From positions 13,137 to 77,136 of the forward strand of contig NEXD01000002.1 of NCBI GenBank assembly GCA_003019595.1: a stretch of DNA of 64,000 nt, given 5' to 3'. Of the stretch, positions 7,771 to 16,851 are shown in pieces (the first letter of the stretch is position 1; each line of letters starts with the position of its first letter). Under the pieces are notes generated by a model. The model was not told where the DNA came from. It did no database searches and saw nothing but the letters and a program-made list of their open reading frames with translations. The stretch is from Candidatus Marsarchaeota G1 archaeon BE_D (GTDB lineage: Archaea > Thermoproteota > Thermoprotei_A > Marsarchaeales > Marsarchaeaceae). The position numbers and the translations under genes were made by a program.

Positions 7771-7819
7771 TAAAACTTGTCAATTATACCACAAATGCGA
7801 GAGATGTTGTGGGTGGAGA
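7771..7819 (+). repeat. 49-bp perfect direct repeat, copy 2
   Basis: Identical to 5566-5614. Lies 41 nt upstream (in minus-strand sense) of the rps15 start. Confidence 0.9.
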
Positions 7820-8269
7820 AAGAACAGCTTTTCCGCGCTTTAGAAGCACTTGAGCTTCTTAACTCGGAAAAAGATGACGCATAAAGCTTCAGCCTTGTTG
7901 TTTTTGGTTTTTCCTTATTTTGGATCATTCCAAGGGTTCTTCTTTCAAAATTCCAAAGCGACTTGTCTTAATTCGTTACCCAATGGGTTTTTCGTACTAT
8001 TTTTCAGCGGATGAGTTTTCAACGTGTAGTGTTTTTTTAAGAGTGCGCTAGGTAGCTATCGGCTTTCACGAGAATGGCAATCTCTAGTACTTCGGGATCT
8101 CACCTTCGGGGGCAATATTTTGAAAAGTTATAGCATAATTTGATTAATGTTCGACGCATCTTGTCAAACTGAGCATGTAAAACATTAGCGATTAAGAGCG
8201 CTTATCATAGTAGATTGTGTCTTAATAACAAATTTACACACTTGAAGACACTCTTTGAAAGTCAAATAA

Positions 8270-8872
8270 TTATGACGGCTTAATTTTGAACGTTGAGCTG
8301 TACCATTTTGCAAACTTAGTGAACGCTTTGGCACGATGAGAGTATTTGTTTTTTTCTGTTTTATTCATTTCCCCAAACGTTTTGTTTGACGCGTGTTTTG
8401 GAGTAAAAATTGGATCGAATCCAAAGCCCTTATTTCCCTTACATTCTGTCGCTATCTCTCCTTGCACCGTTCCAGAAAAAGTTTTTAAGAAAGTTCCATC
8501 AAAAAAAGTAACTACAGACTTAAAGATGGCATTTCTTTGTGTTATATCATCTAAAAGTTTAAGCAGACCATGAACGCCTATCGTGCGGAAGATGTATGAA
8601 GAATAAGGTCCAGGAAATCCCCTTAATGCAAAAACAAAGAGTCCAGCATCTTCTGTGATCACAGGTTTTCTTAACATTTGATAACCATGAATTGCGCTAT
8701 AAATCGAAATTTCTTCCAAGCTTTCTGACTGTATTTCTAGCCTCTCTAGCATTCCCATTCTTTTTAGTCTTATCCCAAATCTGTTTAACACAGACTGCGC
8801 CTCGCGAAATTTGTTGACGTTACTTGTTAAAAAAATAATCTCATTGCGAACGTGATCTTCTTTGTTCGACAT
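8270..8872 (-). CDS. Non-canonical purine NTP pyrophosphatase (HAM1/RdgB/ITPase)
   Basis: 200 aa. FLTSNVNKFREA, EDAGLFV, GFPGPYS and GFGFDPIF motifs. Confidence 0.85.
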   Translation of the reverse strand: MSNKEDHVRNEIIFLTSNVNKFREAQSVLNRFGIRLKRMGMLERLEIQSESLEEISIYSAIHGYQMLRKPVITEDAGLFVFALRGFPGPYSSYIFRTIGVHGLLKLLDDITQRNAIFKSVVTFFDGTFLKTFSGTVQGEIATECKGNKGFGFDPIFTPKHASNKTFGEMNKTEKNKYSHRAKAFTKFAKWYSSTFKIKPS

Positions 8873-9506
8873 ATCTACCCCTCAATCTAAGTTGCCTCAT
8901 TCTTTCAAACACTCTTTTTGTATACTCATGTCCCATTTCTTCTTGATATCCTCTAAAAAACTCGTTAAGAACTTCTCTGTGAATACTTGGTCTTAATGAT
9001 TCTATAACTTTTAGAAAGAGATTGATGTCAACCGCTTCAGCTTCTAGGTCGTAACTGAATTCCCCAAGTCCAAAATCCATTATGAAGACCTCATCTTCTT
9101 TTACTATAAAATTTGATGGCGTGGGGTCGCCGTGAATAATGCCATTTGTATGCAATCTTCCCAAACTGGACCCCACTTGGAAGGCGTGCTTTAAAAATTC
9201 ACTATCTGGTAGATCAGAAAGTCTTAAGCCTTTGACGTATTCCATAAGTATCGCTGCATGTGTTTTACTCACAGCATAAACAGCAGGAACTTTTACATCA
9301 AAAAGGCACGCTTTCACAAGAAGCTTTGCTTCAAGAATTGTTCGTCTTTTCCGTATAATATTATCAAGTTCTGTATTCCTATACGATTTAACCTTTCTTA
9401 TCTTCATCACACATTTTTCTCCAAAAAAGTCCACTATGTATAGCGTTGCTTCTGCACCAGAGCTCAAAACTTGTAAAGGTGTCAAACCGAGAAGCTTGTT
9501 CTCCAT
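8841..9506 (-). CDS. bud32: KEOPS subunit Bud32 (RIO-type kinase/ATPase)
   Basis: 221 aa. GAEATLY, VMKIR, GIIHGDPTPSNF and IMDFGL motifs. Overlaps the kae1 end by 25 nt in another frame. Confidence 0.8.
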   Translation of the reverse strand: MENKLLGLTPLQVLSSGAEATLYIVDFFGEKCVMKIRKVKSYRNTELDNIIRKRRTILEAKLLVKACLFDVKVPAVYAVSKTHAAILMEYVKGLRLSDLPDSEFLKHAFQVGSSLGRLHTNGIIHGDPTPSNFIVKEDEVFIMDFGLGEFSYDLEAEAVDINLFLKVIESLRPSIHREVLNEFFRGYQEEMGHEYTKRVFERMRQLRLRGRYVEQRRSRSQ

Positions 9507-10479
9507 GGTACCTTCACTTCTTCAATTCTCCATCGAGGTCTTACAAAGCTTTCTTCTATTTCTATAAAACTTTTAAATGGATAATAGAGCGCACCAACGT
9601 ATGCTATCATCGCACCATTATCGCCAGCCAAATCTCCAGGAACAACTGAGAATTTAGCCCCCCTTTCTTCACACATTTTTCCTAACATTTCCACTAGTTT
9701 TTTTGAACGCGCAAGCCCTCCCGTTAAAGAAACTTCATCTTTTCCACTGGCAACTAGCACCCGCTCGGTCACTTCGGTTACCATCGCAAAAGATTCTTCA
9801 ACTAGGGTGTAAGCAAGGTCTACCACATCAACCCCTTTTGACAACATTCTTTTTGCGGCCGTTAGCATTCCTGAAAAACTCAAGTCTTGTCCTTTTATTG
9901 GCATTGGAATGTCTACTAGTTTTTCCCTTTTTGGGCAAGCTCTAGCACTTTTGGTGCACCAGGATATCCATAACCTAATTCTCTGGCGAACACGTCCAAA
10001 AGATTGCCTAGCGAAATATCTAAAGTTTCACCAGCTACAACATACCTGCCAGCAGCGAAGATCACTACGGCCGTGTTTCCTCCTGAAACATAAAGAGTCA
10101 CAGGATCCTTGGTTTGGGTGAATTTTCGAGCAATTTCAATATGAGCAACCGCATGATTTACTGCAATTAACGGGACCGATAGTTTGAGTGAAAGCGCTCT
10201 TGCGGTGACAGCTCCTACTCTTAAGCAAGGCCCAAGTCCAGGACCAAGCGCAACGGCCACAGAACAAATATTCAATTTTTTTTCTGAACAGAAACTAAGC
10301 GCGTCACGAACAATTTCTGGTGCCACTTCCACGTGATGTCTTGCAGCTTCTCTTGGGTGTATCCCGCCTTCTTTAGTTGTGTAGGTTGAAGAAAGATTTA
10401 GCAGAATTTCTCCTTCTAAAGTGCTCAAACCAACACCAAAGGTGTGCGCGGTGCTTTCTATACCCAAAACTACGTCCAT
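9482..10479 (-). CDS. kae1: KEOPS subunit Kae1 (tRNA t6A37 threonylcarbamoyltransferase), frame-disrupted at an A5 run
   Basis: Track ORFs 9916-10479 (GIESTAHTFGV..HHVE..GPGLGPCLRVG..YVSGGNT..LAQKGKN**) and 9482-9904 (PIKGQDLSFSG..GGLARSKKL) are the two halves of one Kae1. A -1 shift at GGG AAA AAC (plus-strand T5 at 9920-9924) gives LAQKGKKLVDIPMPIKGQDLSFSG. Confidence 0.85.
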
Positions 10480-10485
10480 TGTTAG

Positions 10486-10659
10486 CTACTTCGATTTGGT
10501 TTTCAAGTATTCCGTATACCCACATTTTCCACAAGCTAGTCTCTCAACACCGGCTTTGTGGTGAGCCAAATATGATCCACAACGTGGGCATTTTTTGTTT
10601 TTCGGTTTTATTAACATCTTTTGATAGTCATATTCATAAATCTTGTGCACGTAAGGCAT
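10486..10659 (-). CDS. rps27ae: 30S ribosomal protein S27ae
   Basis: Not in the track (57 aa): [57 protein letters not shown]. CxxC..CxxC zinc ribbon, directly downstream of rps24e. Confidence 0.8.
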   Translation of the reverse strand: MPYVHKIYEYDYQKMLIKPKNKKCPRCGSYLAHHKAGVERLACGKCGYTEYLKTKSK

Positions 10660-10689
10660 ACATCTAAATCACCAATGGGCTATTTTACG

Positions 10690-11022
10690 TTATTGCTTTT
10701 GCGTAGTAGCCTGTTCTTGTTTTTGTTGTTTCTTTTTGCCCATATCTCTGTTTAATCTGTACTCTCTCTCTATAAGCGGAACAAGCTCAGGATAATCGTA
10801 CACGTGTAATTGAACATAAACTTCGTTTGAACCATAGCGATGGCGAATGTTTTTAATCACGATTTGTTCTGGCTTAACGCCTAAGGCTTCTGCAAAACGC
10901 TGTTTTAGCTGTAGTCTAGAAGGTGTGGGTTCATGATAGGAAAGCGTCAATAGCACGCTCACTTCACGTCTCTTTAAAAGAGGATTTCTCGTATCCGTGA
11001 TTATTTTCGATGCACTACTCAT
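10690..11022 (-). CDS. rps24e: 30S ribosomal protein S24e
   Basis: 110 aa. NPLLKRREVSV and the HRYGSNE..YVQLHVYD pattern. Confidence 0.85.
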   Translation of the reverse strand: MSSASKIITDTRNPLLKRREVSVLLTLSYHEPTPSRLQLKQRFAEALGVKPEQIVIKNIRHRYGSNEVYVQLHVYDYPELVPLIEREYRLNRDMGKKKQQKQEQATTQKQ

Positions 11023-11530
11023 AAAGTCTAGCCTCCATTTGCCTAAAGATGGATAACGCTAACCCTCTTTTATTTTTGTTGACTTTTATGCAGACCACGC
11101 CCATATCGGGCTGACCGTAACACACGGTATAACCATTGGGGCAAAGAATCAAAGCAGGAATTGTAAGAAGATCTTCTTCGCCTTCGATAAAAAGGATGTA
11201 AGGGCTTTTTTTAAAAATGAGTAAGCGGAGGGTAAAAATTGCATCCAACGAAATCGAACCAGCAGGGTTCCAAGTCTTTGCTTTTTTTAAATTAAATGGC
11301 AAATTTATATCAGTTCGTTCACGTTTGGTCTTACCATCTATAATTCCTATCTTTGGCACTATTCCCTTTTGAATTACACTTGCTGTGACAATATCACCAA
11401 CCGTAACAAGCCTTCTTGGGTTTACACGTGATATCAATTTCTCAAATTCGTGTGCAGAGTACACTTTATCTAAGGGTCTTGCAAGCTTCGGTCTTAGTTT
11501 AAGAGGAAGGGTCCAGACCAACCTTGGCAT
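11015..11530 (-). CDS. DUF359/COG1909 protein (GTP-dependent dephospho-CoA kinase family)
   Basis: 171 aa. LVTVGDIVT and IIDGKTKR motifs. Conserved position between spt4 and rps24e. Confidence 0.55.
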   Translation of the reverse strand: MPRLVWTLPLKLRPKLARPLDKVYSAHEFEKLISRVNPRRLVTVGDIVTASVIQKGIVPKIGIIDGKTKRERTDINLPFNLKKAKTWNPAGSISLDAIFTLRLLIFKKSPYILFIEGEEDLLTIPALILCPNGYTVCYGQPDMGVVCIKVNKNKRGLALSIFRQMEARLYE

Positions 11531-11531
11531 T

Positions 11532-11744
11532 TTAGTACAAGGTTAGAGCATATTTTCCAGGCTTTTTCAAGCCTAGTTCTTGCGCAATTTTTGATGTTTC
11601 TATGTCGTACACTATTATTAGACCTTCCCAAACGTCTGCGAATCTTTGAGACCCACAATTTTCACAACTCTGCGCTTCTAGTGAGTTAAGATATCTGCAT
11701 TCACGACAAGCTTTGTAAGGCGTGCCACTCTTTTTTGTGGGCAT
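11532..11744 (-). CDS. spt4: Transcription elongation factor Spt4 (RpoE'')
   Basis: 70 aa. Zinc ribbon CRECRYL..CENCGS, downstream of rpo7. Confidence 0.75.
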   Translation of the reverse strand: MPTKKSGTPYKACRECRYLNSLEAQSCENCGSQRFADVWEGLIIVYDIETSKIAQELGLKKPGKYALTLY

Positions 11745-11756
11745 ATGATAACACCC

Positions 11757-12323
11757 TTACTTCTTTTGTGCGACGGGTTGTTCTTGAGGTTTGTTCCATT
11801 CAGACTTTCCAAGCCCTGGTTGTCTACAAGTTAACATAAGCCTTGTTTCTCTCGTTTCATTTCTTGTGCTTATGTTTGTTATTCTTACCTTTAGTGAATC
11901 ATTAACTTGAAGCACTTTCTGTGTGTTTTTGCCTATTATCGCGTTTCTTTTCTGATCATACACGGCATAATCACTGTCAAAAACTTGAGAAATGTGCAAA
12001 ATACCTGTCATTGGACCAACCCTTATACTCGCACCCGATTCTGTGATTTCATCTACGACACCTTCGGCTATATCTCCAGGATATGGGATAAAGGATAATA
12101 GATCAGCAACAACTCTAACCTTAACTCCCCCATCACCAGGAATCAAATAACCCTCATCGTCGATCTCAACCGCGTCTAAAACAGTAACTACGTATCCAAG
12201 CTCTTTGTCAAAAACGCCAGAATACTTTTCTCGTAGTGTATCAAGAATCGCCTGTTTGGGTGGTGACCGCAATCTAAATGGGTCAACCCTCACTGCTTCT
12301 TCTATTCTTGTTAGATAAAACAT
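11757..12323 (-). CDS. rpoE: DNA-directed RNA polymerase subunit Rpo7 (E')
   Basis: 188 aa. N-terminal SHS2 region followed by an S1 domain (GDIAEGVVDEITESGASIRVGPMTGILHISQ). Confidence 0.8.
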   Translation of the reverse strand: MFYLTRIEEAVRVDPFRLRSPPKQAILDTLREKYSGVFDKELGYVVTVLDAVEIDDEGYLIPGDGGVKVRVVADLLSFIPYPGDIAEGVVDEITESGASIRVGPMTGILHISQVFDSDYAVYDQKRNAIIGKNTQKVLQVNDSLKVRITNISTRNETRETRLMLTCRQPGLGKSEWNKPQEQPVAQKK

Positions 12324-12364
12324 TATACAACTAAGTTTTTGATATCATATATTAGGCTTACACA

Positions 12365-12817
12365 TTAATTGAACACAATTCTGCCATCTTTACTCAACGA
12401 AGCTACCCTTAATCCATGTGTTTTTAAGGTTTTTCGCAAAGCCTTATCACCAGTAACCACTATCGTCTTAGGATACGATTTGGCAAACCATACAATCGAT
12501 TCGTCGGCCGATGTGCAAGGTGTCGATACTATTGAAAACTTTTCGAGTAGACGTAAGCCTAGTCTGGCTCCTAGCTTTTTTTTACCTATGTTTGATTCGC
12601 GCAAATTGATTAGTTCTTTTTTTACTGCATCAGTTACACACAATTCATATGGTCCATCCACGATTTCGTCTAAAAGTGAAAAGACAGATTTTTTACCTTT
12701 TAAAATATGGTAAAATACATTTGTGTCAATAACAATTTTCCATTTCTCATTTGAGTGTTCCGTACCCAGTGAGCCTCCATTTTTCAAAAACCTTTCTTGC
12801 GATTGCAACACGACCAC
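12365..12817 (-). CDS. PIN-domain protein (Fcf1/Utp23-like, COG1412)
   Basis: 150 aa. KIVIDTNVF and VVTGDKALR. Conserved position between eif2g and rpo7. The true start is uncertain (71-nt overlap with eif2g if ATG 12817 is used). Confidence 0.6.
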   Translation of the reverse strand: MVVLQSQERFLKNGGSLGTEHSNEKWKIVIDTNVFYHILKGKKSVFSLLDEIVDGPYELCVTDAVKKELINLRESNIGKKKLGARLGLRLLEKFSIVSTPCTSADESIVWFAKSYPKTIVVTGDKALRKTLKTHGLRVASLSKDGRIVFN

Positions 12818-13970
12818 CAGTTGTGGCTACAACAGGTCTATTCAACTTAACATCTAATTGTCCACTTTTAAAAGATTTTACTACACCGCTTACTATAGCT
12901 GGACCTATCGCCAAAACAATCTGTTCTCCTGGTTTAAGCGGTCCTAGAGTGGCCATTTCTTTAGTGCCAATCACTCTTTGAAAAACATGCGCTTCAATGC
13001 TTACTTCAGAGGTAGGTTGTGGAAGTGTGCCAATCATGCCAACGACGCTTCCTACAAGATTATCAGCCTTTGTCAAACTGGGATCCAAATCTGTTTCTAC
13101 GCCAATAAGACCTCCAGGATCGGCTTCTGTAAGTTCAATGCTATCACTTTTTAGACCTCTAACTGAGGCGGTTAATGGAGTGTATTTACCGTTTGACTTA
13201 ACACCTGGAAGAATTTCCACTTCATCACCAAGTTTTAATAGTCCAGTTAGAATAGATCCACCTAAAACTCCTCCATGAAACTCGTCTGGTGTAGTACCTG
13301 GTTTGTTTATATCGAACGACCTAATAACATACATTTGAAAGGGTTTCGTAAAATCTCTTTGCGGAACAGGAATCGTCTCTACAAGAGCTTTGATTAAAGC
13401 CGAAATGTTAATCTCGCGTAATGCTGAAACGGGTATTATAGGAGAACCTTCAGCCCAAGTTCCAGCTATCATTTGTTTAATTTCTTTATAGTTTTCAAGC
13501 GCCTTTTCTTTAGAAACAACATCCACTTTGTTTTGTACAATCACAAGTTTTTTAACACCCATGATTTCTAAAGCAGTAAAATGTTCTCTTGTTTGCGGTT
13601 GTGGACAAGGTTCATTTGCTGCTATCACTAGCATTGCACCATCCATCACAGCCGCTCCGCTTAGCATTCTTGCCATTAGCACTTCATGACCAGGAGAATC
13701 AACGAAAGACACGCTTCTTATAAATTGCGTGTCAGAACCACAGACTTTACACTTTGGTGTAGTTCCATACGTACCGCAGTTTGGGCAACGGTAAAATTGT
13801 GCACTGGCAAATCCAAGTTTGATCGTCATTCCTCTTTTTATCTCTTCACTATGTCTTGCAGTCCACACACCTGTTAAAGCCTTAACAAGTGTAGATTTAC
13901 CATGATCAACGTGTCCTACTACTCCAATGTTGAGTTTGGGTTTTCTTGGGTCAATTACCATTTGGTTCAA
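12747..13970 (-). CDS. eif2g: Translation initiation factor aIF2 gamma
   Basis: 407 aa. NIGVVGHVDHGKSTL, zinc knuckle CPNCG..CKVCG, DSPGHE and NKVD. Confidence 0.9.
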   Translation of the reverse strand: MNQMVIDPRKPKLNIGVVGHVDHGKSTLVKALTGVWTARHSEEIKRGMTIKLGFASAQFYRCPNCGTYGTTPKCKVCGSDTQFIRSVSFVDSPGHEVLMARMLSGAAVMDGAMLVIAANEPCPQPQTREHFTALEIMGVKKLVIVQNKVDVVSKEKALENYKEIKQMIAGTWAEGSPIIPVSALREINISALIKALVETIPVPQRDFTKPFQMYVIRSFDINKPGTTPDEFHGGVLGGSILTGLLKLGDEVEILPGVKSNGKYTPLTASVRGLKSDSIELTEADPGGLIGVETDLDPSLTKADNLVGSVVGMIGTLPQPTSEVSIEAHVFQRVIGTKEMATLGPLKPGEQIVLAIGPAIVSGVVKSFKSGQLDVKLNRPVVATTGGRVAIARKVFEKWRLTGYGTLK

Positions 13971-14292
13971 CCTTTTTCTTTGCCTTTACATTTATTTGGA
14001 CTATCGATTCTGTGATTAGCGATCCCCTTCTATAAACTCTTCTAGCTATTCCATTCTTGTCACGCAGAAGAACTCTGATCAAACCACCGCCTTGAATAAA
14101 AGGAACCATTGGAAAACCTGCTGAATCGCTACCTCCTGTGATCACCATTTCGAAACCTGGTTTTTCAATTAAAGAGCCGTCAAAAACGTCTCCGATTTTC
14201 ATTCCAATTAGTTGGGTAGCAACTTTATCCTTTGCAATAACAGTTTCCGCTTTTCCATCTGGATATGACACTACGATTTTAAATTCTACCAT
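13951..14292 (-). CDS. rps6e: 30S ribosomal protein S6e
   Basis: 113 aa. ITGGSDSAGFPM motif. Confidence 0.85.
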   Translation of the reverse strand: MVEFKIVVSYPDGKAETVIAKDKVATQLIGMKIGDVFDGSLIEKPGFEMVITGGSDSAGFPMVPFIQGGGLIRVLLRDKNGIARRVYRRGSLITESIVQINVKAKKKVEPNGN

Positions 14293-14342
14293 GGATTTTC
14301 AAATAGTGCGCAGAGATTAAAGCTTATTTGAATAACGAGCTT

Positions 14343-16132
14343 TTATCGCTTGTCTTCACAACCTTTTCTGTACTCTTCTAAGAGTGCTAACTCTTCTTCA
14401 GTGAGCATAGACCTGAATTTAGATTTCAAAAGATTTGCGTGTTCTTCTGGAACAGCGGTGTACAATACCTCGCCTTCAAAGATATGTCTACCCACAACTA
14501 CGTCACCCTTAATTGATATCGCAACACTTTGCCCTTTTGTTGCGCTTTCCAAAGTTTTTCCACTTTCTTGAATCTGCATAATAGTACCGATAAACTCACA
14601 TTTAGCATTTTGTAAAGGATAACCTGGTTTAATTTGTCCCTCTAAAACTTCAATGCCCACAATTACAGGATTGCTTCTTCTGAATACATATCCTTCAAGA
14701 ATTTTGAGTTTTGCTGGTCTTATAAGCGCAGAAAATTCATTGATTAAGGCTTTGCTTTTTTGTTCCTGTAACCATTTGGTGTATTCTTCAATTAATTCGT
14801 AGATCACTTCTTTTCTAAATATTGGAACACCTAACTCTTTGGCTTCTTCAACGACATTTGACAAAGGTCTAACATTAAAAGCCAAAACTACTCCGAAAAA
14901 TGGATCGCTCTTTTTTGTTATTGCCGCTTCGAGAACATCCCTTTTTGAGATGTTTCCTATATCCGCATATCTCACAGGAATACCATTTCTTCTTAATGCG
15001 TCTACAAGGGCTTCTAATGAACCAAGTGCGTCAGCCTTGACAACAACACCCACCTTGTCCGATTTTATTCTTATGGAATTTAACTCATTGAGGATCAATT
15101 CTTGTGCTTTGTCTAATGACATCATTCCGTTTACCACATATATCGGTGAACCTGCGACAGTTTTGTCCAAATCGGCCGCAACGATCTTTACGCCCATTGC
15201 GGCTTGTGCTGTTTCCACCTCGATAAACTTATCTTCAGGGCTTCTCATATCATTAAGTGGTTTTGGCACAAGAATCGCCTTTACTTTGGTAATTATCGCA
15301 CCCTGTAGCCCACCTAAAACGATCGTGTCTCCTTTTTTGAGAACTCCGTCGTAAATTATAGCATCCACAGTGGTTCCCAAACCTGGCTCTTCTTTCACTT
15401 CAAGCACGACGCCTTTGGTCTCATTAAAATTAATTTGAAGTTTATTTTTAAGAAAAATCTGGCACAGTCCGATTGTGATTAGCATTAATTCTGGTATGCC
15501 TTCACCTGTCAGTGCGCTAACGGGAACTATTGAAAGCTGGGATCTAAAATCTTTAATCCTGTCAAATCTTTCTGCAAAAAAACCCAAATTGGCTAAATCT
15601 CCGATTAGTTTGTAAAAAAGACTGTCAAAATTAGTCTTTACCAATATAGTTTGGCTATTGAGACTGCTGATTACATCCATTTCAGGGTGAGCGACCCACC
15701 CAGGAATTCTGTCTATTTTGTTTAACGCAATTAGAAAAGGTGTCTTTTTTTCCTTAAGTATTTGAATGCTTTCAATTGTTTGTTTTTCTAGGCCTTTTAG
15801 CACATCCACCACTAAAATCACAATATCAGCTATTGAACCACCTCGCTTTCTTAAATTTACGAAGGCTTCATGACCTGGTGTGTCAATAAACAAAAGTCCT
15901 GGAATTTCAATTTTCACGCGATATTTGGAAATCAAATTACCAGCTAGTTTTCGCACCACTTCAGAAGGAACGTAACTAGCTCCGATATGCTGCGTCTAGC
16001 ATCCTTTTACAGGATCATGCCCGCAGCTTCTCGGAGCTGAACAGTCGTTCCTCGGATTTTATCGAGTAGTGTTGTTTTCCCAGAATCAACGTGACCAAGA
16101 ACTGAAACTATAGCTTGACGAAGAATCGTCAC
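14343..16132 (-). CDS. infB: Translation initiation factor aIF5B, interrupted by a 20-nt BHB intron: join(16132..16016, 15995..14343)
   Basis: Exon 1 (GTG 16132, GGTGAT 6 nt upstream) encodes [39 protein letters not shown]. Exon 2 continues [32 protein letters not shown]. The two are in different frames, separated by 20 nt containing stops. The spliced product is 589 aa. Confidence 0.85.
15996..16015 (-). other. Bulge-helix-bulge mini-intron in the aIF5B pre-mRNA
   Basis: Coding strand reads GCUGCG|GGCA|[UGA]|UCCU-GUAAA-AGGA|UGCU|[AGA]|CGCAGC. That is a 6-bp outer helix, a 4-bp central helix, two 3-nt bulges on opposite strands, and a 4-bp inner hairpin. Confidence 0.8.
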
Positions 16133-16239
16133 ACGTCTATCACCAAAACTATAAAACGAATTTTAGATTTTTAGGTGTTTTCCTTAGTAGGGGTTCATAA
16201 TTTCGCTGTCGTTTATGATGTTATCACAAACGAAACTTT

Positions 16240-16644
16240 CTACCCAAAGATTAATTTAATTTCGTACTGTGAGGATTCAGGAGAATCAGAGGCGTGTACC
16301 ACATTCCTTTGGATAGACGTACCAAAATCTCCACGGATTGTTCCAGGAGGGGCAATCGTCGAATCGGTAGGTCCAACAAGATTTCTTACTACTTTTATTG
16401 CCGACTCGCCTTCGACAAGAAGAGCAACTACCTCACCTGAAGTTATATACTCAATAAGTTCGTTAAAAAATGGTTTGTTTTTGTGAACGGCGTAAAATTT
16501 TTCTGCCAATTCTCTCGTAAACAAAAATTTCTTTATAGCTACGATTTTTAATCCTTTTCTTTCAACTCTTGAAATTACTTCGCCAGTTATTTTGGCTTCT
16601 ACCCCATCTGGCTTTATCATTAAAAGGGTCCTTTCTAAAACCAA
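16240..16644 (-). CDS. ndk: Nucleoside diphosphate kinase
   Basis: 134 aa. [12 protein letters not shown] and [11 protein letters not shown]. Confidence 0.9.
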   Translation of the reverse strand: MVLERTLLMIKPDGVEAKITGEVISRVERKGLKIVAIKKFLFTRELAEKFYAVHKNKPFFNELIEYITSGEVVALLVEGESAIKVVRNLVGPTDSTIAPPGTIRGDFGTSIQRNVVHASDSPESSQYEIKLIFG

Positions 16645-16650
16645 TCGACT

Positions 16651-16851
16651 TCACCGAGTTTTTGCTTTTACGTATTTTTTAGTCCATTTAGTTTTTTGAG
16701 GAATATGTTTTAAAAACAGCATATTTTTCTTACATTTTGAGCTACAAAATCGTAGAATAGACCCATCGTTTTTAACGTAAACCAAACCAGTTCCTGGTTC
16801 TATCCTGTTGCCACAAAAGGAGCAGTCGTAATATTTGGCCATGAGCTTCAC
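16651..16851 (-). CDS. rpl24e: 50S ribosomal protein L24e
   Basis: 66 aa. [20 protein letters not shown]. Confidence 0.85.
   Translation of the reverse strand: MKLMAKYYDCSFCGNRIEPGTGLVYVKNDGSILRFCSSKCKKNMLFLKHIPQKTKWTKKYVKAKTR

Noticed and set aside
5566-7819. Whether the 49-bp repeats are origin recognition boxes (they contain CTCCAC) or the ends of a mobile element.
   Set aside because: The repeats are direct, not inverted around an AT-rich unwinding element. They lack the TCCA-N-GGA ORB dyad. The enclosed genes (rps15, cdc45-like) are core housekeeping genes, with no integrase or transposase.
9482-9506. The 25-nt out-of-frame overlap between the kae1 end and the bud32 start, as a possible second frameshift in a fused Kae1-Bud32 gene.
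   Set aside because: Kae1 ends after the normal C-terminal ..RPRWRIEEVKVPW region. Bud32 has its own ATG and a complete N-lobe. Separate genes are the normal state in Crenarchaeota.
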